Part shown: positions 63,843-64,000 of the stretch, piece after piece
Position numbering within the stretch: the stretch's first letter is position 1
Layout: every line of letters begins with the position of its first letter
Assembly (NCBI GenBank): GCA_035948415.1
Contig: DASZJD010000039.1
Span: 3,626 to 67,625, forward strand
Direction of reading: 5' to 3'
DNA from: Acidimicrobiia bacterium
Lineage (GTDB): Bacteria; Actinomycetota; Acidimicrobiia; IMCC26256; PALSA-555
DNA length: 64,000 bases
The notes under the pieces: model-generated
Databases searched by the model: none
Seen by the model: only the letters and a program-made list of their open reading frames with translations
What the model was told of the DNA's origin: nothing
Position numbers and translations under genes: made by a program

Positions 63843-64000
63843 CGCGCGCGGGCCGGTGCTCGGCATCGACCCTGGGCTCTCCTGCTGCGGCTACGGCGCG
63901 GTCCGCCGCCACGAGCGGGCGCTCACGGCGGTGGCCTGCGGCGTCCTCCGCACCGAGCCGACGGCGCCGTTGCCGGACCGGCTCGCGACCCTCGAGGCGG
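63835..64000 (+). CDS. ruvC: crossover junction endodeoxyribonuclease RuvC, 5' part (runs off the right edge)
   Basis: VFDARGPVLGIDPGLSCCGYGAV... contains the catalytic-Asp block (LGIDPG). Not in the ORF track because it has no stop in the window. Confidence 0.8.
   Translation, partial: MFDARGPVLGIDPGLSCCGYGAVRRHERALTAVACGVLRTEPTAPLPDRLATLEA

Noticed and set aside
1-64000. rRNA, tRNA, tmRNA, CRISPR arrays and IS elements
   Set aside because: Every intergenic gap is short; the longest are about 310, 177 and 175 nt. None shows cloverleaf-compatible arms, repeat-spacer periodicity or terminal inverted repeats. No transposase-like ORF was seen.

Overview
A contiguous, almost gap-free piece of a very GC-rich Actinomycetota chromosome. 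By eye it is over 70% G+C, and third codon positions are nearly always G/C. All calls rest on reading the six-frame track and the DNA directly; no searches or folding programs were run.

About 60 of roughly 70 genes lie on the + strand. Many are joined by 4-nt stop/start overlaps (ATGA, GTGA, TGATG).

- 1-14.2 kb: pfkA, tesB, ltaE, an SDR, a PIG-L deacetylase, a Nudix hydrolase, dinB, a Gfo/Idh/MocA oxidoreductase, a DUF3040/MerR pair, a minus-strand MoxR-DUF58-transglutaminase operon and an HNH protein.
- 14.2-32.2 kb: the dcw cluster mraZ-rsmH-ftsL-ftsI-murE-murF-mraY-ftsW-murG-murC-murB-ftsQ-ftsZ, then pgeF-yggS-sepF-yggT-divIVA. An array of GTGGN (MraZ-type) repeats lies upstream. murD is absent between mraY and ftsW.
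- 32.2-50.2 kb: ileS (-), DUF167, a DksA/TraR protein with a histone-like Lys/Ala/Pro tail, lspA, rluD, an OmpR/histidine-kinase pair, Rrf2 (-), an alkaline-phosphatase-family protein, dnaE1, F420:NADP reductase, mshC, thrS and a HIT protein.
- 50.2-60.4 kb: a short insert (hypothetical membrane protein, tyrosine recombinase, minus-strand EF-G paralog), then pgsA-patA-pimA, lemA-htpX, pdxS-pdxT and yebC.
- 60.4-64 kb: a 3.4-kb redox insert (peroxiredoxin, PPOX/F420 protein, coxS, coxM, mocA, coxG), then ruvC, whose start is overlapped by a LexA box.

No rRNA, tRNA, CRISPR array or transposase was seen. The very long ORFs in the track (1420, 1969, 1695 and 943 aa) are shadow frames typical of high-GC DNA.

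The most interesting items are:
- a BCP-type peroxiredoxin whose only lesion is a TGA at the catalytic-Cys codon, at the foot of a strong hairpin (candidate selenoprotein versus fresh pseudogene);
- two conserved genes (pgeF, mocA) that can only start at a CTG embedded in a CTGA stop/start overlap;
- the missing murD;
- an EF-G paralog with the catalytic His replaced by Tyr;
- orphan coxS/coxM without a large subunit.
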